Assembly (NCBI GenBank): GCA_965218795.1
Contig: OZ244653.1
Location: 2,688,001 to 2,752,000, forward strand
Reading direction: 5' to 3'
Origin: a bacterium
GTDB lineage: Bacteria; UBA8248; JACPRG01; G963555815
DNA: 64,000 nucleotides
Shown here: one piece after another, positions 53,086-61,824 of the stretch
How positions within the stretch are numbered: position 1 is the stretch's first letter
Layout of the letters: the number at the start of each line of letters is the position of its first letter
The notes under the pieces: generated by a model
The model's database searches: none
What the model saw: only the letters and a program-made list of their open reading frames with translations
Told to the model about the DNA's origin: nothing
Position numbers and translations under genes: made by a program

Positions 53086-54102
53086 ATGATTCACCGAACA
53101 GCGTTTCCTTGGTTGTCGGCCGCCTTCATGGTGGTTGTATTGGCCGCTTCGGGCGTTCCTGAAGCGTTCGCCGCGAAAACCGTCAAGCTCGGCTTGTTCC
53201 CCTTCGGTCCCAGCCGAATGGCCGATCAATACGTGGTGGACGCGGGTCTTCACAAGAAATGGGGGTCGAAGGTTGGCGTTGATTTCAAAGTGTCGCACCC
53301 TCGGGATGACTTTGCCGCCTTCATGGGAAAGTCTGTGGACGTCGTCGCCATCAGCACGCTGGAGGTGGCCCGGCTGGTGGGCGACGAGGGCCACGACATC
53401 GTCATGTGGGGGAGGCAGGTGGACGCCTACATCGATATGTACGTCCGGAGCGACTCCGCGTACAAGACTCCGGGGGACTTGAAGGGCAAGAAGCTCGTTC
53501 ATCCCGGCTGGTCCACCGGCACCGCCCAGATGGGAATCGTTTTGCTCAAGAAGTGGTTTGGGCTGGACATGAAGAAGGACTTCAAAGTGGTCACCGCCCC
53601 CTGGCCCGTGGGACCCCAACTCCTGGCCAAGGGAGACGTGGAGATGTCCTTGAACCTCATGCCCTTGAGTCTTGAGCTCTGGCGGACCAATAAAATCCGG
53701 CCCGTCCTGGCGACCTATGCCACGGAGTGGGCCAAGCAGCGGGGGACAACCCACCACCTCTCCATCTCAAACTACACCTCCTGGGGGAAGTGGCTGGATG
53801 GGAATGATAAAGCCGCAAGAGCCTGGCTCGGGGCGTTTACCGATGCAATGAAGTACGCTCACGCCAACACGAAGGAGTGGTGCAATCGGTACCGAGATTA
53901 CATCGCGAAAAACGCGAGCGAAGCCCAGGTGGATTTCTACGTGAAGTGGTTCCAGGAATACGGTGTGCTGTACAAGGACTCCTACATCGACCAGACATTC
54001 ATCGATGAGGAATTGGCTTTCGTGAAACTGGCGGTCGAGGCCGGGTTCGCGAAGCCCCAGGCGGTGACCCCGAAGATATTCAGAATTGTCAAGCCCCTGT
54101 AG
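53086..54102 (+). CDS. ABC substrate-binding protein (SsuA/NMT1-like)
   Basis: Signal peptide (AFA), VRSDS.YKTPGDLKGKK. Confidence 0.85.
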   Translation: MIHRTAFPWLSAAFMVVVLAASGVPEAFAAKTVKLGLFPFGPSRMADQYVVDAGLHKKWGSKVGVDFKVSHPRDDFAAFMGKSVDVVAISTLEVARLVGDEGHDIVMWGRQVDAYIDMYVRSDSAYKTPGDLKGKKLVHPGWSTGTAQMGIVLLKKWFGLDMKKDFKVVTAPWPVGPQLLAKGDVEMSLNLMPLSLELWRTNKIRPVLATYATEWAKQRGTTHHLSISNYTSWGKWLDGNDKAARAWLGAFTDAMKYAHANTKEWCNRYRDYIAKNASEAQVDFYVKWFQEYGVLYKDSYIDQTFIDEELAFVKLAVEAGFAKPQAVTPKIFRIVKPL

Positions 54103-54391
54103 CGGTTGAGCGGGGAAGCAGCCTCTGCGCGCAATAGAACGGATGGGTCAAGTCTTTTCCCGGATTTTTTCGGGAAGGGTTCAAGACACGAACGTAAAGG
54201 TCATGAAGTTCCGAATCCATCCAGAAAAGACTTGACCCCCCCTTTGACCAAAGGCGTGGAGGATCGTCACGCCGCAACCGGAAGAAAGATTTGAACGCCC
54301 GCACCCCCGCTGAGAGGGTCGGCGGGATCGATATCGTTCGCCAGGGAAACGTCTGGGTTCGTCCCCGCGCAATTGGCTGAGAGGTGGAGGG

Positions 54392-56674
54392 ATGGCTGAC
54401 TATTCGATCATCGGCAAATCGCTTCCTCAGATAAACAGCCGGGAGAAGGCGACCGGCGCGGCTGAATACGTCCTGGATATCGGGCGGCCCCGGACCCTTG
54501 CCGCCAAGGTTCTCCGGAGCAAGCATCCCCACGCCTGGATCAAGGAGATCGATCTGTCGAAGGCCCGCGCCCTCAGGGGCGTAAAAGCCGCGGTGGCCTT
54601 CGAGGATACGCCCAAACTTCCGTGGGGTCCGATCTACAAGGAGCACTACATCTTCGCCAAGGACAAAGTCCGTTACGTCGGCGAGGAGGTGGCGGCCGTA
54701 GCGGCGGCGGACGAAGAAACCGCGGCCGAAGCCCTTTCACTCATCGAGGTGGAATACGAGCCGCTCCCCGCGGTGTTTGACGCGGAGGAGGCCCTGGCCG
54801 AGGGCGCTCCGTCGATCCGCGATGATCGACCGGGAAATCTGGCGCGGCACGTTTTCATCGAGCGGGGGGACGTGGAGAAAGGCTTTGAACAGTCGTCCGT
54901 CGTCCATGAGGAGGTTTACGAAACCTCCCACCAGTTCCAGTCTTACATCGAGCCCATCGGCACCCTGGTCGAAGTGGACAGCGGCGGTCGGCTCATCGTC
55001 CACGCCCCCACCCAGAGCATTTATTTCACCCGCGAGCTCCTGTCCGAGGGCCTGGGGATCCCCCCTTCCAGGATTCAGGTGATCCAGCCCTTTATCGGGG
55101 GGGCCTTCGGCGGCAAGCTGAATGAGGATCACAACACCCACATCACAGCCTTTCTGGCTCTCCTGACGGGACAGCCCGTCTGTCTGATGAACACGCGGCT
55201 GGAGGAATTTCAGGCCTCCCGGCCCCGTATGCCCGCCCGGGTCTACCTGAAGATGGGCCTTCGAAAGGACGGCGCCATCGCCGCCAAGGAAACGCGGATT
55301 TACGCGAATAACGGCGCCTACAGCTGCCTCAGCCTGGAAGTCCTCCTGGTGACCGCCAACCGGATGGATTCGCTCTATCGGCAGGAAAATCTGCGGACCA
55401 ACGCCTATCTCGCCTACACCAACCTCATTCCCTCGGGCGCGTTTCGGGGATTCGGAAATCCCCAGATGGCCTTTCCCCTGGAGAGCCACATGGACGTACT
55501 GGGGGAGAAGCTGGGACTGGATCCGATGGAGATCCGGATGCGCAATACCATCCGGCATGGCGAGACAAGCGTTCACGGCTGGTTCATGGGGAGTTGCGGC
55601 GTCCAGGAGTGCATCGAGAAGGCGGCCGCCCGGATCGGATGGACGGAGAAAGCCGCCCCGCGACTCGAAGAGGGAAGCCTTCGTCGGGGGGTGGGGGTGG
55701 CGTGCGGCATCCACGTCAGCGCAAACCGTCAACTGGCCGATTGGGACGGCTCCGCCATTGCTCTCAAAATCAATGAGGACGGGCAGGCTACCCTGATCTC
55801 CGGGGAAGGCGACATGGGGCAGGGCGCGCATACCATGATGACCCAGATTGTGGCGGAAGAACTGGGCATGACGCCGGATGACGTGACAATTTCCACTCCG
55901 GATACAGACTCCACTCCCTTCTGTTTCGGGGGGTTCGCCAGCCGGTTGACGATGTTGGCGGGCAATGCGGTCCGCATGGCGGCCCAGGAGGCCCGCGGGC
56001 AGCTTGTCGAAGTCGCAGCCCGGCAATTGGAAGTGGACGAGGGAGACCTCACCGTGGGGGGCGGTCACATCGCCGTCAAGGGCGCCCCCGACCGGAAGGT
56101 CACGCTTGCCGAGGCCGCCAAGGGCGCCATCTTCCGCCGGGACGGTCAAGGCGTCTTCGCGCAGACCGCCTGGGATCCCCCGACGGAAATGGCCGACAAG
56201 CAGACATTCTACGGGAACGTCGCGCCGGCCTATTCATTTGTCTGCTTTGCCGCCGAGGTCGAGGTCGATAGGGAAACGGGCCAGGTGGGGCTTTTGAGAC
56301 TCGTCGCCGCGGACGATGTCGGAAAGGCCCTCAACCCGCTCACGGTCGAAGGGCAAATCCACGGCGAGGTGATCCAAGGCGTGGGCTTGGCCCTATTCGA
56401 GCACGTCGTCCTGGACGACGGGGTCGTGGCCAACGGGAATTTCGCGGACTATGGCGTTCCCACCGCCGAATCCGTGCCGATGGTCGAAAGCCTTCTGATC
56501 GAGCCCGGCGACCCCAACGGCCCGTTCGGGGCCAAGGGGTGCTCCGAGACGGCGCTGGTTCCTGTGGGCGCTGCGGTGGCCAACGCCGTTTACAACGCGG
56601 TTGGCGTGCGGGTGACCCGACTTCCCATACGTCCGGCCGAACTGCTTGCGGCCATTCAGAAAACGAAAGGATGA
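54392..56674 (+). CDS. Xanthine dehydrogenase family molybdopterin-binding subunit
   Basis: GGAFGGK, AFRGFG, DMGQG, ASR, EGQIHG, GAKGCSE. Confidence 0.93.
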   Translation: MADYSIIGKSLPQINSREKATGAAEYVLDIGRPRTLAAKVLRSKHPHAWIKEIDLSKARALRGVKAAVAFEDTPKLPWGPIYKEHYIFAKDKVRYVGEEVAAVAAADEETAAEALSLIEVEYEPLPAVFDAEEALAEGAPSIRDDRPGNLARHVFIERGDVEKGFEQSSVVHEEVYETSHQFQSYIEPIGTLVEVDSGGRLIVHAPTQSIYFTRELLSEGLGIPPSRIQVIQPFIGGAFGGKLNEDHNTHITAFLALLTGQPVCLMNTRLEEFQASRPRMPARVYLKMGLRKDGAIAAKETRIYANNGAYSCLSLEVLLVTANRMDSLYRQENLRTNAYLAYTNLIPSGAFRGFGNPQMAFPLESHMDVLGEKLGLDPMEIRMRNTIRHGETSVHGWFMGSCGVQECIEKAAARIGWTEKAAPRLEEGSLRRGVGVACGIHVSANRQLADWDGSAIALKINEDGQATLISGEGDMGQGAHTMMTQIVAEELGMTPDDVTISTPDTDSTPFCFGGFASRLTMLAGNAVRMAAQEARGQLVEVAARQLEVDEGDLTVGGGHIAVKGAPDRKVTLAEAAKGAIFRRDGQGVFAQTAWDPPTEMADKQTFYGNVAPAYSFVCFAAEVEVDRETGQVGLLRLVAADDVGKALNPLTVEGQIHGEVIQGVGLALFEHVVLDDGVVANGNFADYGVPTAESVPMVESLLIEPGDPNGPFGAKGCSETALVPVGAAVANAVYNAVGVRVTRLPIRPAELLAAIQKTKG

Positions 56675-56679
56675 CCTGT

Positions 56680-56700
56680 GAGCCCCCCTCTGGGGGGTTC
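56680..56700 (+). terminator. Hairpin after XDH gene
   Basis: GAGCCCCCC-TCT-GGGGGGTTC followed by GTTT. Confidence 0.45.
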
Positions 56701-56885
56701 GTTTGGAGTCTGGGGGACGGAATTCCCTCTTCGCATTTCGAGCGTTATCAGGGTTCCAGGAATCGGGGCGCTCCGACGGCCGCGGCGACCTGGGTGAAGA
56801 TTGACCGCCTGGACACTCGGAAGGCGGTCACATCCGGCTGCGAAATCGAATCATTTTGAAAACAAGAGGCGTCGGCGCGGTTGCT

Positions 56886-59234
56886 ATGACAGACCATCAA
56901 TGGGTCGGAAAAAATCTCCCCCGGGAGGACGGTCCGGAAAAGGCGACGGGGACCGGCGCCTATGTTACGGATATGGCGCTCCCGAACATGCTGCACGGAA
57001 AGTTCCTCCGCAGCCGGCTTCCGCACGCCCGGATCCTGCACGTGGACGTGACGGAGGCGATGAAGGTCAAGGGCGTCAAAGCGGTCCTGACCGCTGAGGG
57101 CTGTCCGAAAGGTAAAGACGGCCATCTACTCGGCTTCGGCCCCTACATCCTGGACTATCCCATCCTGGCCCAGCACAAGGTCCGGTTCGTCGGCGAAGCC
57201 ATTGCCGTTGCGGCCGCGTCCGATGAGGACGCGGCGGAAGAAGCCGTCGGGCTGATTCGGGTGGACTATGAGGAATTGCCCGCGGTCTTCGATCCCATCG
57301 AGGCGATCCGGCCCGGCGCGCCGCTGATTCATGAGGACCCGGAGCGCTATGCGCACACCCCGGCCTTCAAACCCATCCGGTACGGCAACGTCGCCTTCGA
57401 GGTCAAGGTGGTCAAGGGGAGCCCGGAGGAAGGGTTTGCGGAGGCGGATCACATTCTGGAACAGCGATTCGAGACCTCGACCCATCACCAATGCTACATG
57501 GAGCCTCACGCCGTCGTGGCACAGGCGGACGTCAAGGGGAAGGTGACGGTCTGGTCGAGCACACAGACGGTGGCCGAAGTCCGAAAGGGACTCGTGGAAA
57601 CCTTGGGACTCGACCCGAGCGGCATCCGGGTGATTGCGCCTTTTATTGGAGGCGGATTCGGAGGAAAGCTGAGCGTTCGGCTCGAGCCGCACGCCGTCCT
57701 TCTCTCCCGCCAGACGGGGTACCCGGTCAAGATGGTGCTCACCGGCGAGGAGGAGTTCATCTCCGGCCATCCCAGACACCCCTTCCAACTGGAGTTCAAG
57801 ACCGGCGTCAAGAAGAACGGGCGTATCACGGCAAGGCAGGTCGAGGTGATCGCGGATTCCGGCGCTTATATTCATCAGGGAGCCGGTGTGGTGGGGACGG
57901 CCGCCTCCCACGCCCCCGGTCCGTACGAGGTCCCTCATGTCTCCGTCCACGGGCGACTCGTCTATACCAATAAGGTTCCCTTCGGAGGTTACCGGGGATA
58001 CGGCGGCCCTCAAATTCATTTTGCCGGTGAATCCCAACTGGACGATCTGGCGGGAGAAATCGGGATCGATCCGATCGAGCTCCGGATGAAGAACGGTCTT
58101 TCATCCGGTACGCGTCTCGTGTCAGGCCAACCCGCGCCCCACGCGGCCTACAAGGAGACGCTCCGCGGCGCCGCGGAGAGCGCGGGCTGGGATTGGGAGA
58201 ACCGGACGAAGCCTGCCGGAAGGAGCCGGGATCCCAACAAGCGGTACGGGATCGGCGTGGCCTCGATGCAGCACGGAAGCGCAATCTTTTCCTCGAGCGC
58301 CATCCTCAAGATGGAGGACGGGGGCTCCCTCACCGTCCTGGCCGGAGGGACCGAGATCGGCGCGGGACAGAGAACCACGCTGAGCCAGATTGCCGCCGAG
58401 GCGCTGAGCGTCCCCATGGAAAAGATCAACATTGCCCTGTCGGACACCCTGACTTCGCCCTACGACTGGTCGACCGACGCAAGCCGGACCACCTACAATA
58501 CCGGCAACGCCATCCTGCGGGCGGCCGCCGAGGTCAGAGAGAAGCTTCTCGGAATCGCGGGCGAGATGCTGGAGGTTGGGCCGGAAGACCTGGAGATGAC
58601 CAACGGTGAGGTCTGCGTGCGCGGCGCGCCCGATCGGCGCTTATCCTACGCCGACGTCGTGACCTACGGGCTGTACGTGAACGGAGGCGTCATCCTGGGA
58701 AAGGGATCTTCCTTCGATCCGCCCCCATATGATCCGCCCGGCGATTTACAGGTCGAGGGATGGCATTTCATATCGAGGCCCGCGCTCATCTTCGGCACCC
58801 AAATCGCCGAAGTAGAGGTGGATGCCGAGACCGGACAGGTCGAGATCATCGCCATCCATTCGGCTCACGAGGTCGGGAAGGCCATCAATCCCGCTGGCTG
58901 TGAAGGGCAGATCGAAGGCGCGGCGTCCATGGCCGTGGGGTGGCTGTTGACCGAAGAAATGGCTTTTGAGAATGGCGTCGTGACCAACCCGACATTACTC
59001 GACTACAAAATCCCGGTCGCCCAGGATATGCCGGAGGTTCATTCGGTTCTTGTGGAAGACCCCGACCCGACGGGACCGTTCGGCGCCAAGGGGATCGGCG
59101 AGCCGGCGCTCGTGGCCACCGCCGCGGCCGTGGCCAACGCCATCCGCGACGCCATCGGGGTCCGGATGCACGATATGCCCTTCACGCCCGAGCGCGTTCT
59201 GGCGGCGCTGGGCCGATCTCCTCACTCGAGTTGA
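56886..59234 (+). CDS. Xanthine dehydrogenase family molybdopterin-binding subunit
   Basis: GGGFGGK, YRGYG, EIGAG, ASR, GAKGIGE. Confidence 0.93.
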   Translation: MTDHQWVGKNLPREDGPEKATGTGAYVTDMALPNMLHGKFLRSRLPHARILHVDVTEAMKVKGVKAVLTAEGCPKGKDGHLLGFGPYILDYPILAQHKVRFVGEAIAVAAASDEDAAEEAVGLIRVDYEELPAVFDPIEAIRPGAPLIHEDPERYAHTPAFKPIRYGNVAFEVKVVKGSPEEGFAEADHILEQRFETSTHHQCYMEPHAVVAQADVKGKVTVWSSTQTVAEVRKGLVETLGLDPSGIRVIAPFIGGGFGGKLSVRLEPHAVLLSRQTGYPVKMVLTGEEEFISGHPRHPFQLEFKTGVKKNGRITARQVEVIADSGAYIHQGAGVVGTAASHAPGPYEVPHVSVHGRLVYTNKVPFGGYRGYGGPQIHFAGESQLDDLAGEIGIDPIELRMKNGLSSGTRLVSGQPAPHAAYKETLRGAAESAGWDWENRTKPAGRSRDPNKRYGIGVASMQHGSAIFSSSAILKMEDGGSLTVLAGGTEIGAGQRTTLSQIAAEALSVPMEKINIALSDTLTSPYDWSTDASRTTYNTGNAILRAAAEVREKLLGIAGEMLEVGPEDLEMTNGEVCVRGAPDRRLSYADVVTYGLYVNGGVILGKGSSFDPPPYDPPGDLQVEGWHFISRPALIFGTQIAEVEVDAETGQVEIIAIHSAHEVGKAINPAGCEGQIEGAASMAVGWLLTEEMAFENGVVTNPTLLDYKIPVAQDMPEVHSVLVEDPDPTGPFGAKGIGEPALVATAAAVANAIRDAIGVRMHDMPFTPERVLAALGRSPHSS

Positions 59235-60427
59235 CCGGTAAACCTGTACCATGCGTGCAGGAGCAGGTCCTTGTAGGTCTTCCTCCAGCATTTCAGCCCG
59301 TGAATGCCGGCGTGGTCACTGCAGATGTTGCAGGAGACGCATTCCACCGCGCCTCGCTTCCCCTGCTCGATTTTGCGGACGAGATCCGGTTCCCGAATGA
59401 ACGGCCGGCTCAGGGAAACGAAATCGGCAGTTCCCTGCCGGATGACGGACTCCATCGTCTCCACGGTCCGCAAGCCGCCGACGGCGAGCACCGGACACCG
59501 CACGCGTTCCCGCACCCGGCGGGTTTCCTCCAGAAAATGGCCTTCCGGGACCGGCTTTGCGAAGACCCGGTGGAACACCATGTCCTCCAGCGCCCGCTTC
59601 CGGCTCAGGCCGGCGTATGGCCAGGCCCCGGCCCAGCCTTTCTCGTTGACGCCGGAGGAGACCTCGATGGCGTCGATCCCCATCTCCTCCAGCCGCTCCG
59701 CAGTCGCCACTCCCTCGTCCAGCGTGAGCCCGCCGGTCAGGAAATCCCGGATCCCCAGCTTGATCGTCACGGGGTAGCCGTCACCTACGGCCCCTCGAAC
59801 CGCCCGGTAGACCTCAAGCGGGAAGCGCTGACGATTCTCCAGGGCCCCTCCCCATTGGTCTTCCCTGCGGTTGGTGCAGGGTGAGAGGAACTGGGAGAGC
59901 AGGTAGCCGTGGGCGCCGTGGATGTGGATGCCGTCGAAGCCCGCCTCCTTGGCCCGCCGGGCCGCGTTGTGAAAACAGTCGATGACCTCCCGGATCTCCT
60001 CCTCGGTCGCGGCCTTGGCCACCTTTTTCGTCCGAGGGTTTTGCGAGGCGGAGGGCGCGAGCGGCTCCACGCCCGCCATCATGTTCTTCTCTCCGGTATG
60101 GCTGAGCTCTGCGAAGATTCGCGCGCCTTCAGCGTGGATGGCCTCGGTCATACGCTTGAGGGGGCCGACGTGATCGTCTCGGTCCAGGCCCGTCATGCCC
60201 GTGGTGTACATCCCCCTCCGGTGGACGTAGATGTGCCCTGTAATGAGCAGTCCCACGCCGAATCGGGCCAGCGTGACGTGGAGGTCACGAAATCCTTCGA
60301 GGATGAACCCGTTCTCGTCCGCGAGGCTTTCCCCGGTCGCGGATCGCACAAAGCGGTTTCTGATCTCCAGGTTTCCGATTCTTCCGGGCTGAAACAAGGC
60401 CAATGGAGCGGCCTCAGTCATCGCCAT
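59222..60427 (-). CDS. NADH:flavin oxidoreductase (Old Yellow Enzyme family)
   Basis: NRFVRSAT, AGFDGIHIHGAHGYLLSQFLSP, NRRED.WGG, C-terminal CVSCNIC. Confidence 0.93.
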   Translation of the reverse strand: MAMTEAAPLALFQPGRIGNLEIRNRFVRSATGESLADENGFILEGFRDLHVTLARFGVGLLITGHIYVHRRGMYTTGMTGLDRDDHVGPLKRMTEAIHAEGARIFAELSHTGEKNMMAGVEPLAPSASQNPRTKKVAKAATEEEIREVIDCFHNAARRAKEAGFDGIHIHGAHGYLLSQFLSPCTNRREDQWGGALENRQRFPLEVYRAVRGAVGDGYPVTIKLGIRDFLTGGLTLDEGVATAERLEEMGIDAIEVSSGVNEKGWAGAWPYAGLSRKRALEDMVFHRVFAKPVPEGHFLEETRRVRERVRCPVLAVGGLRTVETMESVIRQGTADFVSLSRPFIREPDLVRKIEQGKRGAVECVSCNICSDHAGIHGLKCWRKTYKDLLLHAWYRFTGQLE

Positions 60428-60661
60428 GGAATGATCTCCTGCTCTGAAAGGGTGCATGGGCGGAGGCCGTACATGCAAGAGAAGATGAACGATCGGCCGT
60501 GGGGGTCCAATACATTGCGCCGCCCCGCCGTTGCGTTGATATCGATGAGGGCGCCATGAACGAATGTGGCGTGTCGGGACGCCGGAAACAGGACGAGGCC
60601 TCCCACCTCATCGGAAGTCCCCGACCGGCTGATGGGCCGCTGGGCGGTCTTCGCCGGTGGA

Positions 60662-60700
60662 CCAAGGGAGCCGGAACCCGCCGGGTTCCGGCTCCCTTGG
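60662..60700 (-). terminator. Perfect 18-bp stem-loop downstream of the BMP gene
   Basis: CCAAGGGAGCCGGAACCC-GCC-GGGTTCCGGCTCCCTTGG. No U-tract, so it may be an mRNA stabiliser or REP. Confidence 0.55.
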
Positions 60701-60743
60701 GAATCGGTTCGCGCGCCGGCGCGTTGCCTCGCGCTTCCCGGCC

Positions 60744-61757
60744 TCAATCGAGCAGCTTTTGCCCCATGAAGGGCGTCTTGATCTTGCCGGCGAGAATGTC
60801 CTTCCTGAAGGCTTCGACCTTTCGGACGACATCGGCGGGGACCTTGGGGTGTAAAGGCGTCAGTCTCGCCCCTCCGGAACCCACGCCGATCATGGTGACT
60901 TGCTTGGGCTTCCCCGTCTTCGCGAGGGCCATGATGATCTTCTTCATCGGGGTATGCCAGACGTAATCCACACTGGTGAGAACGGTGTTCGGCGCTATCT
61001 GCTTGATGTCAAAGTAGGTCCCGATGGCGTGGACGCCCGCTTCATCCGCCGCCAGGATGCCCCCCATCAAGCCTGGGCTGTGGGTCCCCCAGATCACGTC
61101 CACCCCCTGGTTGATCATGGCGATGGCGGCCTCCTTGGTTTTGTTGGCATCCGACCAGCTGTCGACGAACACGTACGGCATCTTGATGTCCGGAACGGCC
61201 GCCCGCGCGCCCAGCTTGAAGAGGTTGTGGGCGGAAATGGTATTGGGAACGGGGAACCCGCTCATGTAGCCGATTTTCTTGCTCTTGCTCATCAGCGCGG
61301 CGAGCGTGCCGGCCAGGAAGGTCGCTCCCTCGGCCTGGACCCCGTAGGTGATGAGGTTGGGACGTCCCTCGAGTTTGAAGAAGTAAGGGACGGCGAAGAT
61401 GGTTTTCGGGAATTGAGCAGCCAGTTTTCGGGCGGGCTCGCCGAATTCGAAGCTGTGGCCGAAAATGATGTCGTATCCGGCAATCGCCCAGCGCCGCAAT
61501 GCCCTTTCAATGTCGGGGATCTCGATGTTTTCCTGGAATGCGACCTCCTTGACGCCGGGGTCGTCTTTCAGCTTGTGGGCGCCCAGATTTCCGCTTGCAT
61601 ACCAACCCATGTCCCTGATGGCCCCGTTGTGGCCGATGGCCACGCGGATCTCGCTGACCGGCTTGGCCGCTTCGGCGGGTCCGGCTATCAGGCCCGGGAT
61701 CAGCACGCACGCCGGCACACACCCGAATAATCCACGCCAGAAAGCTTTCTTGTTCAT
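60744..61757 (-). CDS. BMP family (nucleoside-type) ABC substrate-binding protein
   Basis: D.GW, GYDIIFGHSFEF, LAALMSKSKKIG, SW.D..K.KEAA..MI.QGVDV. Confidence 0.9.
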   Translation of the reverse strand: MNKKAFWRGLFGCVPACVLIPGLIAGPAEAAKPVSEIRVAIGHNGAIRDMGWYASGNLGAHKLKDDPGVKEVAFQENIEIPDIERALRRWAIAGYDIIFGHSFEFGEPARKLAAQFPKTIFAVPYFFKLEGRPNLITYGVQAEGATFLAGTLAALMSKSKKIGYMSGFPVPNTISAHNLFKLGARAAVPDIKMPYVFVDSWSDANKTKEAAIAMINQGVDVIWGTHSPGLMGGILAADEAGVHAIGTYFDIKQIAPNTVLTSVDYVWHTPMKKIIMALAKTGKPKQVTMIGVGSGGARLTPLHPKVPADVVRKVEAFRKDILAGKIKTPFMGQKLLD

Positions 61758-61824
61758 GGTGTCCTCCTTTCTCAGAGAATCAGGGCTCTCGTCTTACGCT
61801 CAGGAAGCCGGATGGTCCGGGTTC